DNA of 64,000 bases from contig NC_043005.1 in NCBI RefSeq assembly GCF_006345805.1, forward strand, positions 16,492,001-16,556,000, read 5' to 3'. Below are positions 25,221 to 38,390 of this stretch, piece after piece. The stretch's first letter is position 1; each line of letters starts with the position of its first letter. Source of the stretch: Octopus sinensis. Its lineage: Eukaryota. The notes under the pieces were generated by a model. The model saw only the letters and a program-made list of their open reading frames with translations, ran no database searches and was not told the origin of the DNA. A program made the position numbers and the translations under genes.

Positions 25221-25705
25221 GTGTGTGTGTGTGTGTGCATGCGTGCACACAATGGTGTGTGTGTGTTTGCAGTATGATACTAATGATAATGATTGCAGTG
25301 ATGAAGATGTCAATAAGCCTAGCAGGGCTCTTTGCCACATCCAATCCTCAAATTAGTTGACTACAGGTGGAAACCAGAGGTCAGAGCCCTATGAAAATAC
25401 TCTACTAAAAACTGAACCCACTCTGACAGGGATCAATGAATGCTTATTGTCACTCCATCATACACATAAGTATAGAGTTACATGACACAAAAAAGATCAT
25501 GCAGTTATGTAAGTTATACATCATATGAAATGTACTGGAGATGTAATAATACATTATATAAAATATACAGCAGGTAAGCTGGTTCTTTATGTAAAATATT
25601 CATGACAAGTCCCTTAACCCCTTAGGGGTCGTTGGAGTGCTGCAGCCATGCAGCATACCTTGGGTGAGAAAGCTTGGCAGAGCCCATCCCTCTCCAGGCT
25701 AAACT

Positions 25706-27376
25706 CATTTCTACAACTGAGTGGACTGGAGCAATGAGAAATGAAGTGTTTTGCTCAAGAACACAACGGATTGCTCAGTCCAGGGATCAAAACCACTATC
25801 TTACAGTTTGGAATCCAACACCTTAACCACTAAGTGACGTGTCTCCACAAGCTGTACTTATTTCTACAGCTGAGTGGACTGGAGCAATGTGAAATGAAGT
25901 GTTTTGCTCAAGAACACAACGGATTGCTCAGTCCAGGGATCAAAACCACTATCTTACAGTTTGGAATCCAACACCTTAACCACTAAGTGACGTGTCTCCA
26001 CAAGCTGTACTTATTTCTACAGCTGAGTGGACTGGAGCAATGTGAAATGAAGTGTTTTGCTCAAGAACACAACGGATTGCTCGGTCCAGGGATTGAAACC
26101 ACTATCTTACAGTTTGGAATCCAACACCTTAACCACTAAGTGACGTGTCTCCACAAGCTGTACTTATTTCTACAGCTGAGTGGACTGGAGCAATGTGAAA
26201 TGAAGTGTTTTGCTCAAGAACACAACGGATTGCTCGGTCCAGGGATTGAAACCACTATCTTACAGTTTGGAATCCAACACCTTAACCACTAAGCGACGTG
26301 TCTCCACAAGCTGTACTTATTTCTACAGCTGAGTGGACTGGAGCATGTGAAATGAAGTGTTTTGCTCAAGAACACAACGGATTGCTCGGTCCAGGGATTG
26401 AAACCACTATCTTACAGTTTGGAATCCAACACCTTAACCACTAAGTGACGTGTCTCCACAAGCTGTACTTATTTCTACAGCTGAGTGGACTGAAGCAATG
26501 TGAAATGAAGTGTTTTGCTCAAGAACACAACGGATTGCTCAGTCCAGGGATTGAAACCACTATCTTACAGTTTGGAATCCAACACCTTAACCACTAAGTG
26601 ACGTGTCTCCACAAGCTGTACTTATTTCTACAGCTGAGTGGACTGGAGCAATGTGAAATGAAGTGTTTTGCTCAAGAACACAACGGATTGCTCAGTCCAG
26701 GGATTGAAACCACTATCTTACAGTTTGGAATCCAACACCTTAACCACTAAGCGACGTGTCTCCACAAGCTGTACTTATTTCTACAGCTGAGTGGACTGGA
26801 GCAATGTGAAATGAAGTGTTTTGCTCAAGAACACAACGGATTGCTCGGTCCAGGGATTGAAACCACTATCTTACAGTCGTGAATCCAACACCTTAACCAC
26901 TAAGCGACGTGCCTTCACAAGCTGTACTTATTTCTACAGCTGAGTGGACTGAAGCAATGAGAAATGAAGTGTTTTGCTCAAGAACACAACGGATTGCTCG
27001 GTCCAGGGATTGAAACCACTATCTTACAGTCGTGAATCCAACACCTTAACCACTAAGCGACGTGCCTTCACAAGCTGTACTTATTTCTACAGCTGAGTGG
27101 ACTGGAGCAATGAGAAATGAAGTGTTTTGCTCAAGAACACAACGGATTGCTCGGTCCAGGGATTGAAACCACTATCTTACAGTCGTGAATCCAACACCTT
27201 AACCACTAAGCGACGTGCCTCCACAAGCTCTACTTATTTCTACAGCTGAGTGGACTGGAACAATGTGAAATGAAGTGTTTTGCTCAAGAACACAATGCAT
27301 CACCTGGTCCAGGAATCGAAACCACAATCTTATGATTATGAGACCAGCACCCTAACGACTAAGCCACGCACCCCCA
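25706..27376 (-). repeat. Tandem array of 11 x about 153-bp tRNA-derived SINE heads
   Basis: Unit boundaries near 25848, 26001, 26154, 26307, 26459, 26612, 26765, 26918, 27071 and 27224. The minus strand carries A-box-like and B-box-like motifs plus tgtgttcttgagcaaaacact...ccactcagctg. Confidence 0.92.
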
Positions 27377-27527
27377 CCATATGCACACTGTTATATTATG
27401 TGAAATATACTGGTGACATCTTGGTGCGTTATATAAAAGTTGCTGTAGCTATTCCAGTACATTGTATACAATATGCTGTGGGTCTCTGAGCACTTCATGA
27501 AATATCTAGTTACACAAATTGATCATC

Positions 27528-27620
27528 AAATGGCGGTGCCCCAGCAAAATGGCGGTGCCCCAGCAAAATGGCGGTGCCCCAGCATGGCCACAGCTCATTA
27601 GCTGAAACTGGAAAAATCAA
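27528..27620 (+). repeat. 19-bp x3 repeat of a SINE 3' segment (aaatggcggtgccccagca)
   Basis: Period 19 (27531, 27550, 27569), followed by tggccacagctcattagctgaaac. Confidence 0.8.
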
Positions 27621-27667
27621 AATCAAAATCAAAATCTACTGAAAGGAAAAAAAAAAAGTAAACATAC

Positions 27668-28227
27668 CTATCTCCAATTTTTGGAAATATATTTTCTTCA
27701 GGTTGCGGTACCAAGACTGAATGGTTTGCTGGTATCTCATCAATAGTGGCCTTAGTATTCAGTCTCCGAAGAATCCAATTCCGATCTCGAAATTTTGTCA
27801 GTCCAAAATTCTCTTCATCCTTCATGTCTTCCTCATCAGCAGTTTCCTTAATAGGAGGCAAATTAAGGGAGACATAGTCTGGATCAATCTCTGGTGAATC
27901 TAATACCACATCATCTAAGTTGATGCCTTTATTTAGGGGCCTACCAGACAGTTCACCATAAGCACTGCCTAGCTTTAGATTGGATGATTCCTTTTGTTCA
28001 ACAACAGATTTTTTGATAGGTGGTTCATAAGTTACTACTTGTTCATCTACATATTTGGAACATAACGGTTTCCTAATGGGTGGAGATTTATTTGGTGTTT
28101 TTAAATTAACGGCAGCAGTTTGACTGATGAGATTTTCTTGTGGTAGTTGATAGTCTGGAATAATGGAGTTCTTATCAAGTGGTCCCGAATGAATAGTTAA
28201 ATCTTTCATTCTTTGATTTTCTACAAC
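27668..28227 (-). CDS. Exon 5: low-complexity region
   Basis: Acceptor tttttcactgctag|GTT, donor AG|GTATGT; 560 nt, phase 0-2. Reads VVENQRMKDLTIHSG...EENIFPKIGD(R); frame-compatible with both neighbours. Confidence 0.9.
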
Positions 28228-28743
28228 CTAGCAGTGAAAAACAAAAAGAGAAAAAAGAAATTAAGAAATTCTTGGAATGATGGACTTCGGACAATGTCGA
28301 AAGATTGTGAGAAAACTTTATGAAATATTTTTACATTTTTTAGCATTTACAAGCAGCAGCTATGAATTAAGAAGCATTATTTACTAGTTAGAGGTGGTCA
28401 CCTCTTGATCTAGCTGACACGTTATCTTGCTCAGCAGGAAAAGCCCCTCAGCCAAATAACATTAGATGTATACATTGGCTGAAACAAGTAAAAGAATAAG
28501 AAAATAGTATTGTTATGAATGCTAAAGTCGTAAACTTGCAGTTATTGACAAAATTATGACAAAGTGAACTACGTCCTGGGTGCCATGGAGGGAACCCCTA
28601 TGAGGATATCTTGAGTCAAGCATCATTTGATATTAGTTTATTCATGAAACAGTCTTCAGTTTTGGAAACAGTAAAAGATTTTTTTTTTCTAAATAGTTGC
28701 AACAACAACAACAACAACAATCTGAGAAAAATGAAACAACAAC

Positions 28744-28845
28744 CTTAGAAACAACAGCCTGTGCCAGTTGGTCCTCATAAGAATGGTGACCTTCAAAGGA
28801 GTCGTCAGAAAGGGATGATAGATCCGACACAGCTTCATCAGATGT
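28744..28845 (-). CDS. Exon 4
   Basis: Acceptor ttctttttctcag|ACA, donor AAG|GTTGTT; 102 nt, phase 0-0. Reads TSDEAVSDLSSLSDDSFEGHHSYEDQLAQAVVSK. Confidence 0.87.
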
Positions 28846-28883
28846 CTGAGAAAAAGAAGTCAAAATAATATGAAGTGATAATA

Positions 28884-28922
<39 letters not shown>

Positions 28923-29935
28923 AAAGATAAATAAACAAACAAACATCAGAGATGCTCTGCCCCATACAAAAATTGCAGGAGATTCCTAAAGATATTGTAA
29001 GTTCTTCTCTTGATGGGGACTAAAGCTATTGCAATTTTGGAGAAACTTCCGTTTCTTGAACTGCTTTCTCAATGTCACAAGCCTTCAACTCCTTACCTTA
29101 TATGCTTCATAAAAGATGGGCAGCAAAGACTTAATTAGCTTTTGCCAACAAAAGGGTTCCTCTTGAGTCACTTCTCAACCACAACCACCTTGAAGTAGTT
29201 CCAGCTATTTAGTTACCTCCCTTGTGCTTAATAAAAACTTTTTCAAGGGAAATTACTCAAATTATCCAATTTATAATGTCCTTGTTCTAATTATCTCCCC
29301 TCATTTAACTTAGTCAAACGTTGTATGATAATCTTTCCTACTCTAGGTACAAGACCTAAAATTTTGAAGGAAGGGGCCAGTCGATTAGATCGATCCCAGT
29401 ACGCAACTGGTACCTAATTTATCGATCCCGAAAGGATGAAAGGCTTGGTCGACCTCGATGGTATTTGAACTCAGAACGTTTTTGCCAGATCGCTGCCTTA
29501 AATGCTGTATGATAATGAATAAATTTATTGTATACAGTGCGAAGGTGAACTGCAGTGGCCGTGGTCCTCTACCTTTTGTAACTCGATACCACTTTTTGCT
29601 GAATAGCATCATAGAACGGTCACAACAACAAAGAGATTATTATTAATCAAAACGAAAGCTAATTTTGTGCCGTAGTTGTTATCGTAAGGTAAATACCACA
29701 ATGACCGATATACAAACTATAGTAGAAAAGGCTAGCCACTGGATGAGCGATGGCTAGAAGAATATTGATCTTTATTTAATAACCAGTTGACCTAGCAAGC
29801 GGGGCCTCAATGATGCCGTCGAGAGGTAGGCCCCGAAACGGCATGCGTACTTTCCTGATGACCCCATAAACTTGCTGGCTTCCGGTATGCGGAGTTCTCG
29901 ACTGATAACACTTGCAAGTTATTTGCAAAACGTGT

Positions 29936-30350
29936 GGATCTTTTCGGTTTGAACGGCAGTTTTTTTTAAACTAATTTCCACCTAACTAAACACTTTTAAA
30001 CTTCGTATACTGGTAGAATGTGTTTATAAAACATCTTTTTCTCTTGGCTTTATTGAGAAAATTCTATAGTTTGTAAGATATTTGTTGTTGTTTTTTTTCT
30101 TCAATTTCTGCAATTTTAACCAATCAATGACGTCTATTGAGGTGAAAACATTCTGTACCCTATGAATATGTCCCTCGTTTAAGAAACAGATTGGGTTTAT
30201 TTACATTTCTGAAAAAAAAAGATACCCTTCCCCCCACCCCTAACCCTAAAACAGATTGAAATGCAATAGATCGATACTAGGGTCATAATTATGGGTGACA
30301 ATTTCATATGACACTGCATGAAAAAACTGCCGTTCAAACCGAAAAGATCC
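29936..30350. mobile_element. MITE with perfect ~29-bp TIRs
   Basis: GGATCTTTTCGGTTTGAACGGCAGTTTTT...AAAAACTGCCGTTCAAACCGAAAAGATCC; second copy at 51199-51597. Confidence 0.88.
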
Positions 30351-30559
30351 AAACATGTTCCTATATTATCTCATTCACTATATGTGTCGCTTTTCAGATA
30401 TTTACATGGACTTACGCTTTGTTAAAGTGTTAAGTTTTTATGGAAATTACTGAAGACGATAAGGACTTTATAATGAAATGGTATAGTACCACAGTCCTAT
30501 TCTTGCTCACTGATAACACATTTTATCTTTTATTTTCTACTTGTTTCTGCCTTTAGACT

Positions 30560-30710
30560 GCAGTGTGGTAAGTAGCTTGCTTACCAACCACATGGTTCCG
30601 GGTTCAGTCCCACTGCGTGACACCTTGGGTAAGTGTCTACTACTATAGCCTTGGGCCGACCAAAGCCTTGTGAGTGGATTTGGTAGATGGAAACTGAAAG
30701 AAGCCCGTCG

Positions 30711-30751
<41 letters not shown>

Positions 30752-30962
30752 GTGCGTATGTGTTTGTCCCCACCAACATCGCTTGACAACCGATGCTGGT
30801 GTGTTTACGTCCCCGTAACTTAGCGGTTCGGCAAAAAAGAAACCGATAAAATAAGTACTAGGCTTACAAAGAATAAGTCCTGGGGTCGATTTGATCAACT
30901 AAAGGTAGTGCTCCAGCATGGCCACAGTCACATGACTGAAACAGGTAAAAGAGTAAAAGAGT
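30560..30962 (+). mobile_element. SINE family A
   Basis: Consensus match. Confidence 0.85.
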
Positions 30963-31439
30963 ACCCAATATGCAAGAAAATAGGATGGTCACATATGGAA
31001 CCCTTTTGATCAAAAGTTTAATTGATTAGTGTATAATACAGATTCTTGTCACCAATTCTGGGAGCTGCACTCATGTCAGGAATCTTCCATGTGGTAGACC
31101 TCGTGTGAGGAAGCTTCCATGTAGTGGCTCAACTTGCTAGAAGTAACAACTAAATTTCTCTCTAATCACACATTAGTCTTGAAAATAGGATACAGAGAAT
31201 ATTAAGTTTAGAAAAAAGCATTATGGTTATGACTGGAATAGTGTTGACCATAGGACTACTTAGACACGGTTGACCTAGGGTTAAACAGCATAGATAACAA
31301 CCCATATTCACAATAGACAAACACAAGCCTCTATGTAGTTGCTCTAGGCAGTTGGAAATAAGTTTTTTTAAAGATCACCCATAAAATTATTAACCATCTT
31401 ACTAACAATAACTCTGAGCACCTTTTCAAACTCCACCTG

Positions 31440-31765
31440 TCTAACACCCGTAGACATGTTTACAAAGTCAGAAAACAGCACAGCTCCCATGACTTTCAGA
31501 AACATTTCTTCACGCTGAGAGTTGCTGAAGCATGGAACAAACTGCCGACATCAGTTGTTAGTTGTCGGAGTACTGCATCCTTCAAAACTTCCATGCTTCC
31601 TGAGATTCACCAACACTACACTTGATTTTCTCCCCTCCATACACACGCAACCATGTATCTGACTCATACACTGTTCACTTCCCAGACATTTGTACATTAC
31701 TGCATATGCTTTATAAGCACTGTCTGACAAGTTGTGGTGCACCTGAACACTGTATACAATAATTT
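31440..31765 (+). mobile_element. CR1-type LINE 3' fragment
   Basis: Homologous to 428-790; ends gtggtgcacctgaacactgtatacaataatttc. Confidence 0.85.
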
Positions 31766-31974
31766 CGGGTTTTTCCATGTGAGACCTTATCCTTTTTTTC
31801 GTAACGCCTCCCCCTACTGGGAGTTTTTCGTTGTTATATTTTCGTTGTTAAACTGCTTTTTACTCGTTTTTTTTTTTACAAACGGACCAAACCTTTTGTA
31901 ACATTTCGTCCTGTTTTGTCCCTTTATGTTTTCCAATCATATTTGTCAGCCCTTGTGGCCAATAAAAAGAATTA

Positions 31975-32340
31975 ATCATTGGTGGCACATAAGAGAATCA
32001 TCCGAACGCGGCTGTTGCCAGTGCCGCCCCGACTGGTCTCGTGCCGGTGGCACGTAAAAAGCACCATCCGTTCGTGGCCGTTGCCAGCCTCGCCTGGCCC
32101 CCGTGCCGGTGGCACATAAATAGCACCATCCGATCGTGGCTATTTGCCAGCCTCGTCTGGCACGTAAAAGGCACGCACTACAATCACGGAGTGGTTGGCA
32201 CTAGGAAGGGCATCCAGCCGTAGAAACATTGCCAGATCAGACTGGGCCTGGTGCAGCCTTCTGGCTTCCCAGACCCCAGTTGAACCGTCCAACCTATGCT
32301 AGCATGGAAAGCGGACGCTAAACGATGATGATGATGATGA
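31975..32340 (+). mobile_element. SINE family C, ending about 35 bp from the exon 3 donor
   Basis: Internal gtgccggtggcacgtaaaaagcacc repeats; ggacgctaaacg(atg)n tail. Confidence 0.85.
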
Positions 32341-32375
32341 TTATTATTATTATAGTTGTTCATCAGTGGGCTTAC

Positions 32376-32476
32376 CAGATCAACAGACTCTCCCAGATGA
32401 TCCTCAACCAAGCGAGATACAATGTGTTTAACTTTCTGTGATGAAGCAGCAGAGTTCTCATCATCTTCGAGATAGT
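32376..32476 (-). CDS. Exon 3
   Basis: Acceptor tttgtttattacag|AC, donor CTG|GTAAGC; 101 nt, phase 1-0. Reads YLEDDENSAASSQKVKHIVSRLVEDHLGESVDL. Confidence 0.87.
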
Positions 32477-32957
32477 CTGTAATAAACAAACAGTAGAAAA
32501 TACATTGTGAATATTAGAAACAGACAAACATATTACCACTGAGGATGGCAGAATGGCATGGAACCTCTTTTCGCTTGAATCATTTATAGTTTCAATGTAT
32601 TTTGAAATATTATATGACAGCCGTAAAGAAAATGCTCATCTTTGCATTTATCCAATGAATTGTGCAAGTGACACATACAAAAATGGCTATTTGTAAAGCT
32701 CATGTTTTCCATTTCGTTTTTGGCTCTCAGAGGAATATTCCAAAACTTTAAACTTCATACAAATGAGGTCACGCTAAGAACTACCCTCAGGAAACTGTGT
32801 TATAGTTTAAGTAGTATTTTAAAGAAGCATTTTTTTTATATATATATTTTAAAAACAATGTATGAATGTGTGTATGACTTTTTTTTTTTTTTTAATTCCT
32901 TTGAAACCAACATTTTTATTTCCTGAACCAGAACAAAATTCAGGGTTAACATTAATA

Positions 32958-33098
32958 TTAGGTTGTCCCAAAAGTTCGTAAACACTTGCGAAAATTGAAT
33001 TTTTACTCACCAAGTACTAACAAAAACAACAAAAATTATTCCTCAAAATAAAGACCATTATTTTCCAAGACTTTCTACAAACTTTTGGGACAACCTTA
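32958..33098. mobile_element. Tc1/mariner-type MITE
   Basis: TA|ttaggttgtcccaaaagttcgta...tacaaacttttgggacaacct TIRs. Confidence 0.75.
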
Positions 33099-33517
33099 TA
33101 CAAAAGATATTTCATTCCATGCATACAAGGTCCTAATAGTTCTACTCTTTTGTTGAACTATTTCTACCTTGAAAAAATTCTTGAATGTTTCACTTTGTCT
33201 TGCTTTGTGATGATCATAATGCCAATAAACACACACACATACACTGATTGTAGTTCACTTTAGATTTAATTTAATTGCTAACTAATTTGTCAATTTTTTT
33301 TTAATCACATCTACGCCCTTTTTCAATAATTTCATTTTATCAAATTATTATCTAGTGTATGTTACATTATCAAATATTTTCTATGTTACTGTTTTGTGTT
33401 TATTATGACTTAAAATTTTTTTATTTAATTTTCATTTGCAATTGTTTATGTTAGTGCTAACATAAGAAGGTGTGTATGTATGTAGTCTGTAAGTTGTATG
33501 GCTGTATAGTTTTTAGG

Positions 33518-33752
33518 TAAGGCGGCGAGCTGGCAGAAACGTTAGCACGCCAGGCGAAATGCTCAGCAGTATTTCGTCTGTCGTAACGTTGTGAGTTCAA
33601 ATTCCGCCGAGGTCGACTTTGCCTTTCATCCTTTCGGGGTCAATAAATTAAGTACCAGTTACGCACTGGAGTCGATGTAATCGACTTAATACCTATGTCT
33701 ATCCTTGTTTGTCCCCTCTGTGTTTAGCCCCTTGTGGGTAATAAAGAAATAT
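33518..33752 (+). mobile_element. SINE family B, full length
   Basis: Consensus match. Confidence 0.88.
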
Positions 33753-34711
33753 GTATAGTTTTTAGGTAAGTCTGTGAAAGTGTATTTGTGTGTACGCATG
33801 AGTGAATGAGTGGTGGTTGACTTTTATCTTACTTTATCTTCATCCTTGTTTTACTGCAATGGAAGTATCAGAATTATTTCACTCACTCCCTCTTGAGGCC
33901 ATGTGTGGGGAGGGAATCTTCTTCTAGTATGTGTGCAACATCTGTAACTTGTCAGTGTGTCAAATCATTCGGACATACGGAAAGAAGTTTTATTTTAACT
34001 TAACTGAATGGCATGTTGGTAGAATAAGGATGTCTGTTTTCTAGTATTCAATTCACACTAGTGTTCCTCAATCCTTTCACCCAAACTATAAACCATTTCT
34101 CCTATATAGACTGTGGCAGTATTCTTACACTGCTCTTCCATGCACTTTATGTAGTGTACAACATGAGGTACACTACAAATTTGCAAACTTACTCACCACA
34201 GGGTGTAACATCAATGAACATCATATCTTTGAGTTTGTTCAATGAGGTTTGAAAGAAAAGCAATTTACAAGGAAGGCTCATGGTATGACAACACCAAATT
34301 ACAATGTGTAGCATTCATTGATACTAAATTCAGACATGAGCTGAACCAGAAATTTACGAAAGCACAACATGAAATTAAACTAAAAGCCAAAATAATAGAA
34401 AAGCAAAACAGACACATCTAGACAATTTCTATTATATTATATAAGTGATACCCATTTGAGAATGAAACCCTGCTGACAACAACTGCAGAGTGTACACAAC
34501 CAACTCATAGATAAACAGCAAAACTAAGTATGTAGTGTACCACATGGGTCACAACCAATATTGGAGAAATGGCCTGCAGTATGGGTGAAAGGATTGAAGT
34601 ACAATGAGGGGAATAAAATAAAAAGAAATACATATTTATCCTCTACTAATATGCCAAACAGAAATATAGTGGTTCCATAAAAAATATTGAAATAAAAATT
34701 CTTTCAACATT

Positions 34712-35108
34712 GGCGCAGGAGTGGCTGCGTGATAAGTAGCTTGCTTACCAACCACCTGGTTCCGGGTTCAGTCCCACTGCATGGCACCTTGGGTAAGTGT
34801 CTTCTGCTATAGCCTCAGGCCAACCAAAGCCTTGTGAGTGGAAAAGCCTTGTAGATGGAAACTGAAAGAAGCCCATTCCAATATATATATATGTATATAT
34901 ATGTTTGTGTGTCTGTGTTTGTCCCCCCCAACATCACTTGACAACCGATGATCGTGTGTTTACGTCCCCGTAACTTAGCGGTTCAGCAAAAGAGGCCGAT
35001 AGAATAAGTACTAGGCTAACAAAGAATAAGTCTTGGGGTTGATTTTCTAGACTAAAAGGTGGTGCTCCAGCATGGCCACAGTCAAATGACTGAAACAGGT
35101 AAAAGAGT
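34712..35108 (+). mobile_element. SINE family A
   Basis: Consensus match. Confidence 0.87.
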
Positions 35109-35669
35109 ATATATAAAGGATCCAGAGATTACAGAAGTAGAACGTTTACTGGAAGCTGATTCTAACACCACACACATCTATATTAGAAGAAAAAAATGAG
35201 TGGGGTAACATCCAACATAACTCCAGTAATAGAAGAATGCAAAAATAAAATAGGATTGAAGTCAACTAAAGTCAACAACCTCACACATACACAAACCATA
35301 AACATACAAGCTATACACACATGCAAAACACATACACACACCCACTCAATCACATTCTTATGTTGGAAAATAGAAAGATAAATAGAAACAGACAAAATGA
35401 TAACAGACACACATGGATGACAACTAAAGTTTATGAATATTCGATACTAAAGTCTATGTATTAGAGCTAAAGTTTATGTATATTAGATAAACAAGATTAG
35501 TTGGAGAATTTGAAATCACTGAAAAGGTCACAGCAGCATGATAAAACATCAATGACAAATTAGTTGATAAAGTAAAATTGAAGTGAGCTACAACCAATGT
35601 GTGTGCATGTGTTTATTGGCAGTATAACCCTCCCAAAGTTTGTCGATTTTGGTTTCAACACAGTTTTAC

Positions 35670-35955
35670 ATCAAGGCCAGTGCCACCTTGACTGGCTTCT
35701 GTGCCGGTGGCACGTAAAAGGCACCAACCGATTGTGGCTGTTGACAACCTCCTCTGGCCCTTGTGCCGGTGGCACATAAAAAGCACCCACTACACTCACA
35801 GAGTGGTTGGCGTTAGGAAGGACATCCAGCCGTAGAAACACTGCCAGATCAGACTGGAGCCTGGTGCAGCCTCCTGGCTTCCCAGACCCCCGGTCGAACC
35901 ATCCAACCCATGCTAGCATGGAAAACGGACATTAAATGATGATGATGATGATGAT
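35670..35955 (+). mobile_element. SINE family C
   Basis: Consensus match with (GAT)n tail. Confidence 0.82.
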
Positions 35956-36304
35956 TCTTGCAAACCAATTTAAAAATATGAAACGTGCATGTGTGTAACA
36001 CGAAGACTTTAGGTTTTATTTATACTTACACACACACACACACACACACACAAACTATAAAGATATGTAATAGATACTCACTCTCAACAGCCAGCTGTAA
36101 CCGCTGTGATAAATCAGACAACAATTCTCGAATACGGCTGCGATAATTAACCATTATGTCACCAACTGGAGAAAGAAAAGGAAGAATTTGATTAATATCA
36201 TCATCATCTACATAATCACATTATCATCATCACCATGATTTTTTTCCTACAATATTCTTCTTGTGCTACTGTTGTCATTAAGTCTTTAATTAATCATGTA
36301 TTAT

Positions 36305-36690
36305 ACTCTCTTTTACTTGTTTCAGTCATTTGACTGCGGCCATGCTGGAGCATCGCCTTTAGTCGAGCAAATCGACCCCGGGACTTATTCTCTTTGTAAG
36401 CTCAGTACTTATTCTATCGGTGTCTTTTGCCGAACTGCTAAGTGACAGCGACGTAAACACACCAGCATCAGTTGTCAAGCAATGCTAGGGGGACAAACAC
36501 AGATACACAAACATACACACACATATATATATATATATATATACATATATACGACGGGCTTCTTTCAGTTTCCATCTACCAAATTAACTCACAAGGCTTT
36601 GGTCGGCCCGAGGCTATAGTAGAAGACACTTGCCCAAGATGCCATGCAGTGGGACTGAACCCGGAACCATGTGGTTGGTAAGCAAGATAT
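36305..36690 (-). mobile_element. SINE family A
   Basis: Consensus match. Confidence 0.87.
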
Positions 36691-37147
36691 ATAGTCTTGA
36701 GATTTTGCTGATGTCATTGCTTATTTTTTAGAATGACATTGTAGGGTAGGTACAACAGGCTGGATCTGGCCAGTTTCAACATAAAACTGGGTAGAATATA
36801 TAGGCTGGATTAGCGGAATTTCGTCTCTCTATGTTCTGAGTTCAAATTCCGCTGAAGTCGACTTCGCCTTTCATCCTTTCAGGGTTGATAAATTAAGTAC
36901 CAGTGGCACACTGGTGGCGATCTAATCAACAAGCCCCCTCCCTAAAAATTTTGGGCCTTGCACCTAGAGTAGAAAAGTATATATAGGCTGGATATAACCG
37001 GTTTAAATACTAAAGATGTAGACATATAAATATTGTGTATATAGACTCTACAATCATGTTAATGATATAGATATATAAATAATACATATATACATACATA
37101 CATATATATAAAGTTAATCCAAACATGAAAATATATATATATATATA

Positions 37148-37190
<43 letters not shown>

Positions 37191-37192
<2 letters not shown>

Positions 37193-37700
37193 CTAGCAGT
37201 ATCGCCCGGCATTGCTCGGGTTTGTAAGGGAAATAAATATATAAGCATTTTTAGAGAGTTACTTCCCTTATAGATGCCAATTCGGGCTTTCTTAGCCATT
37301 TCTGTTTTGGTGTCTTCAAGCCATGAAGTCGTTGTTCTAAAAGAACGCTGGTCTCCTTGACAACGCTTTACGACGGTAATTTCCTTACACTCCCTTCCCC
37401 ACAGCTTCACGAGGGAGGGAAGAAGGGGGAGAAGCAAACAGGTACAGATGTGAGCATGGACGCCAACTCCACCGCCATCAACACACGAAAAATTATGCAT
37501 TAAAATGGAATAAAAAATGATGTTAAATTATTTTTAAAATCGTAGACTCATCGTAGACGCGCGCTAATACTCAGACGGGCTCGATATGAATCACGACTAT
37601 AAGATACCCGAATTTGGTTAAACTGCACTGCAAAATGTGGGAGTAGTTAGGAATCTAAATCGAAGGGGACAGACACTCACACAACTACAGTTTTATATAT
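37191..37700 (+). mobile_element. Helitron/Helentron-like non-autonomous element
   Basis: Same termini and subterminal sequence as 977-1380. Confidence 0.55.
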
Positions 37701-38390
37701 ATATATATATATACAAACAGCAAAATGTGTGTGCGCGTGTATACTTTATACAAATCCACAATTTTTCAGTTATAGTGCTCGCACTTTCTATGGTCATTCA
37801 AAACCATCCAAGTGTGGTTGTGCACATCTTTACATTTCCTCAGTCATCTCGCAAAGCCATTAAAAAATCAATAAAAGTGACTTTTTTGTGAATTTTCTAT
37901 CCAAAACCCAATCAAAATGCCCGAAACTTGATACGCCAATTGAATGCCAGCTAGCTGTATGTGAATGGTCGGAGATTTGGACAGTACTCGCGTGTATGAG
38001 ACAAGTACAGGAAATATATATATATATACTAGCAGAGATACCCAGCATTGCCCATGTTACATGCAATTGAAGAAATGAACTTTTCTGTTATATTTTCTGT
38101 AATGAACTGGACTACCTATGTAGTGGCACCTTAGGCAAGTGTCTTTTACCATAGCATTGGGCCGACCAAAGCCTTGTGAGTGGATTTGGTAGATGGAAAC
38201 TGAAAGAAGCCCATCATATATGTGTGTGTGTGTGTATGTTTGTTTGTCCCTCCCACCATCGCTTGACAACAGCACCGGATAACACCACTAGTATTGATAT
38301 CCCCACTAACAGAAGAAGTTTCAAACAGTTGTTCAACCTACCAAAAGTAGACATGTTAGATAATGTGGACCAAGATAAGCCCTGCAGTAA

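Noticed and set aside
24568-25344. Long His/Pro/Cys-rich ORFs (metal-binding protein)
   Set aside because: All three frames are open because the minisatellite lacks stop codons; no supported splice sites.
25706-27376. tRNA gene cluster
   Set aside because: The heads lack a paired acceptor stem, run into a SINE central domain and have no poly-T terminator.
29790-29860. Hammerhead-like GGGGCCT...AGGCCCC-GAAAC hairpin
   Set aside because: The upstream core reads CTAGCAA rather than CTGANGA and no stem I pairs; too degraded to support.
30236-30250. Telomere-like taaccctaa (also near 2190 and 51487)
   Set aside because: Only one to two units, located inside a MITE; not an interstitial telomeric array.
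33887-33941. Candidate 55-nt exon (DVAHILEEDSLPTHGLKR)
   Set aside because: Poor polypyrimidine tract, and it ends in phase 2 with no compatible partner.
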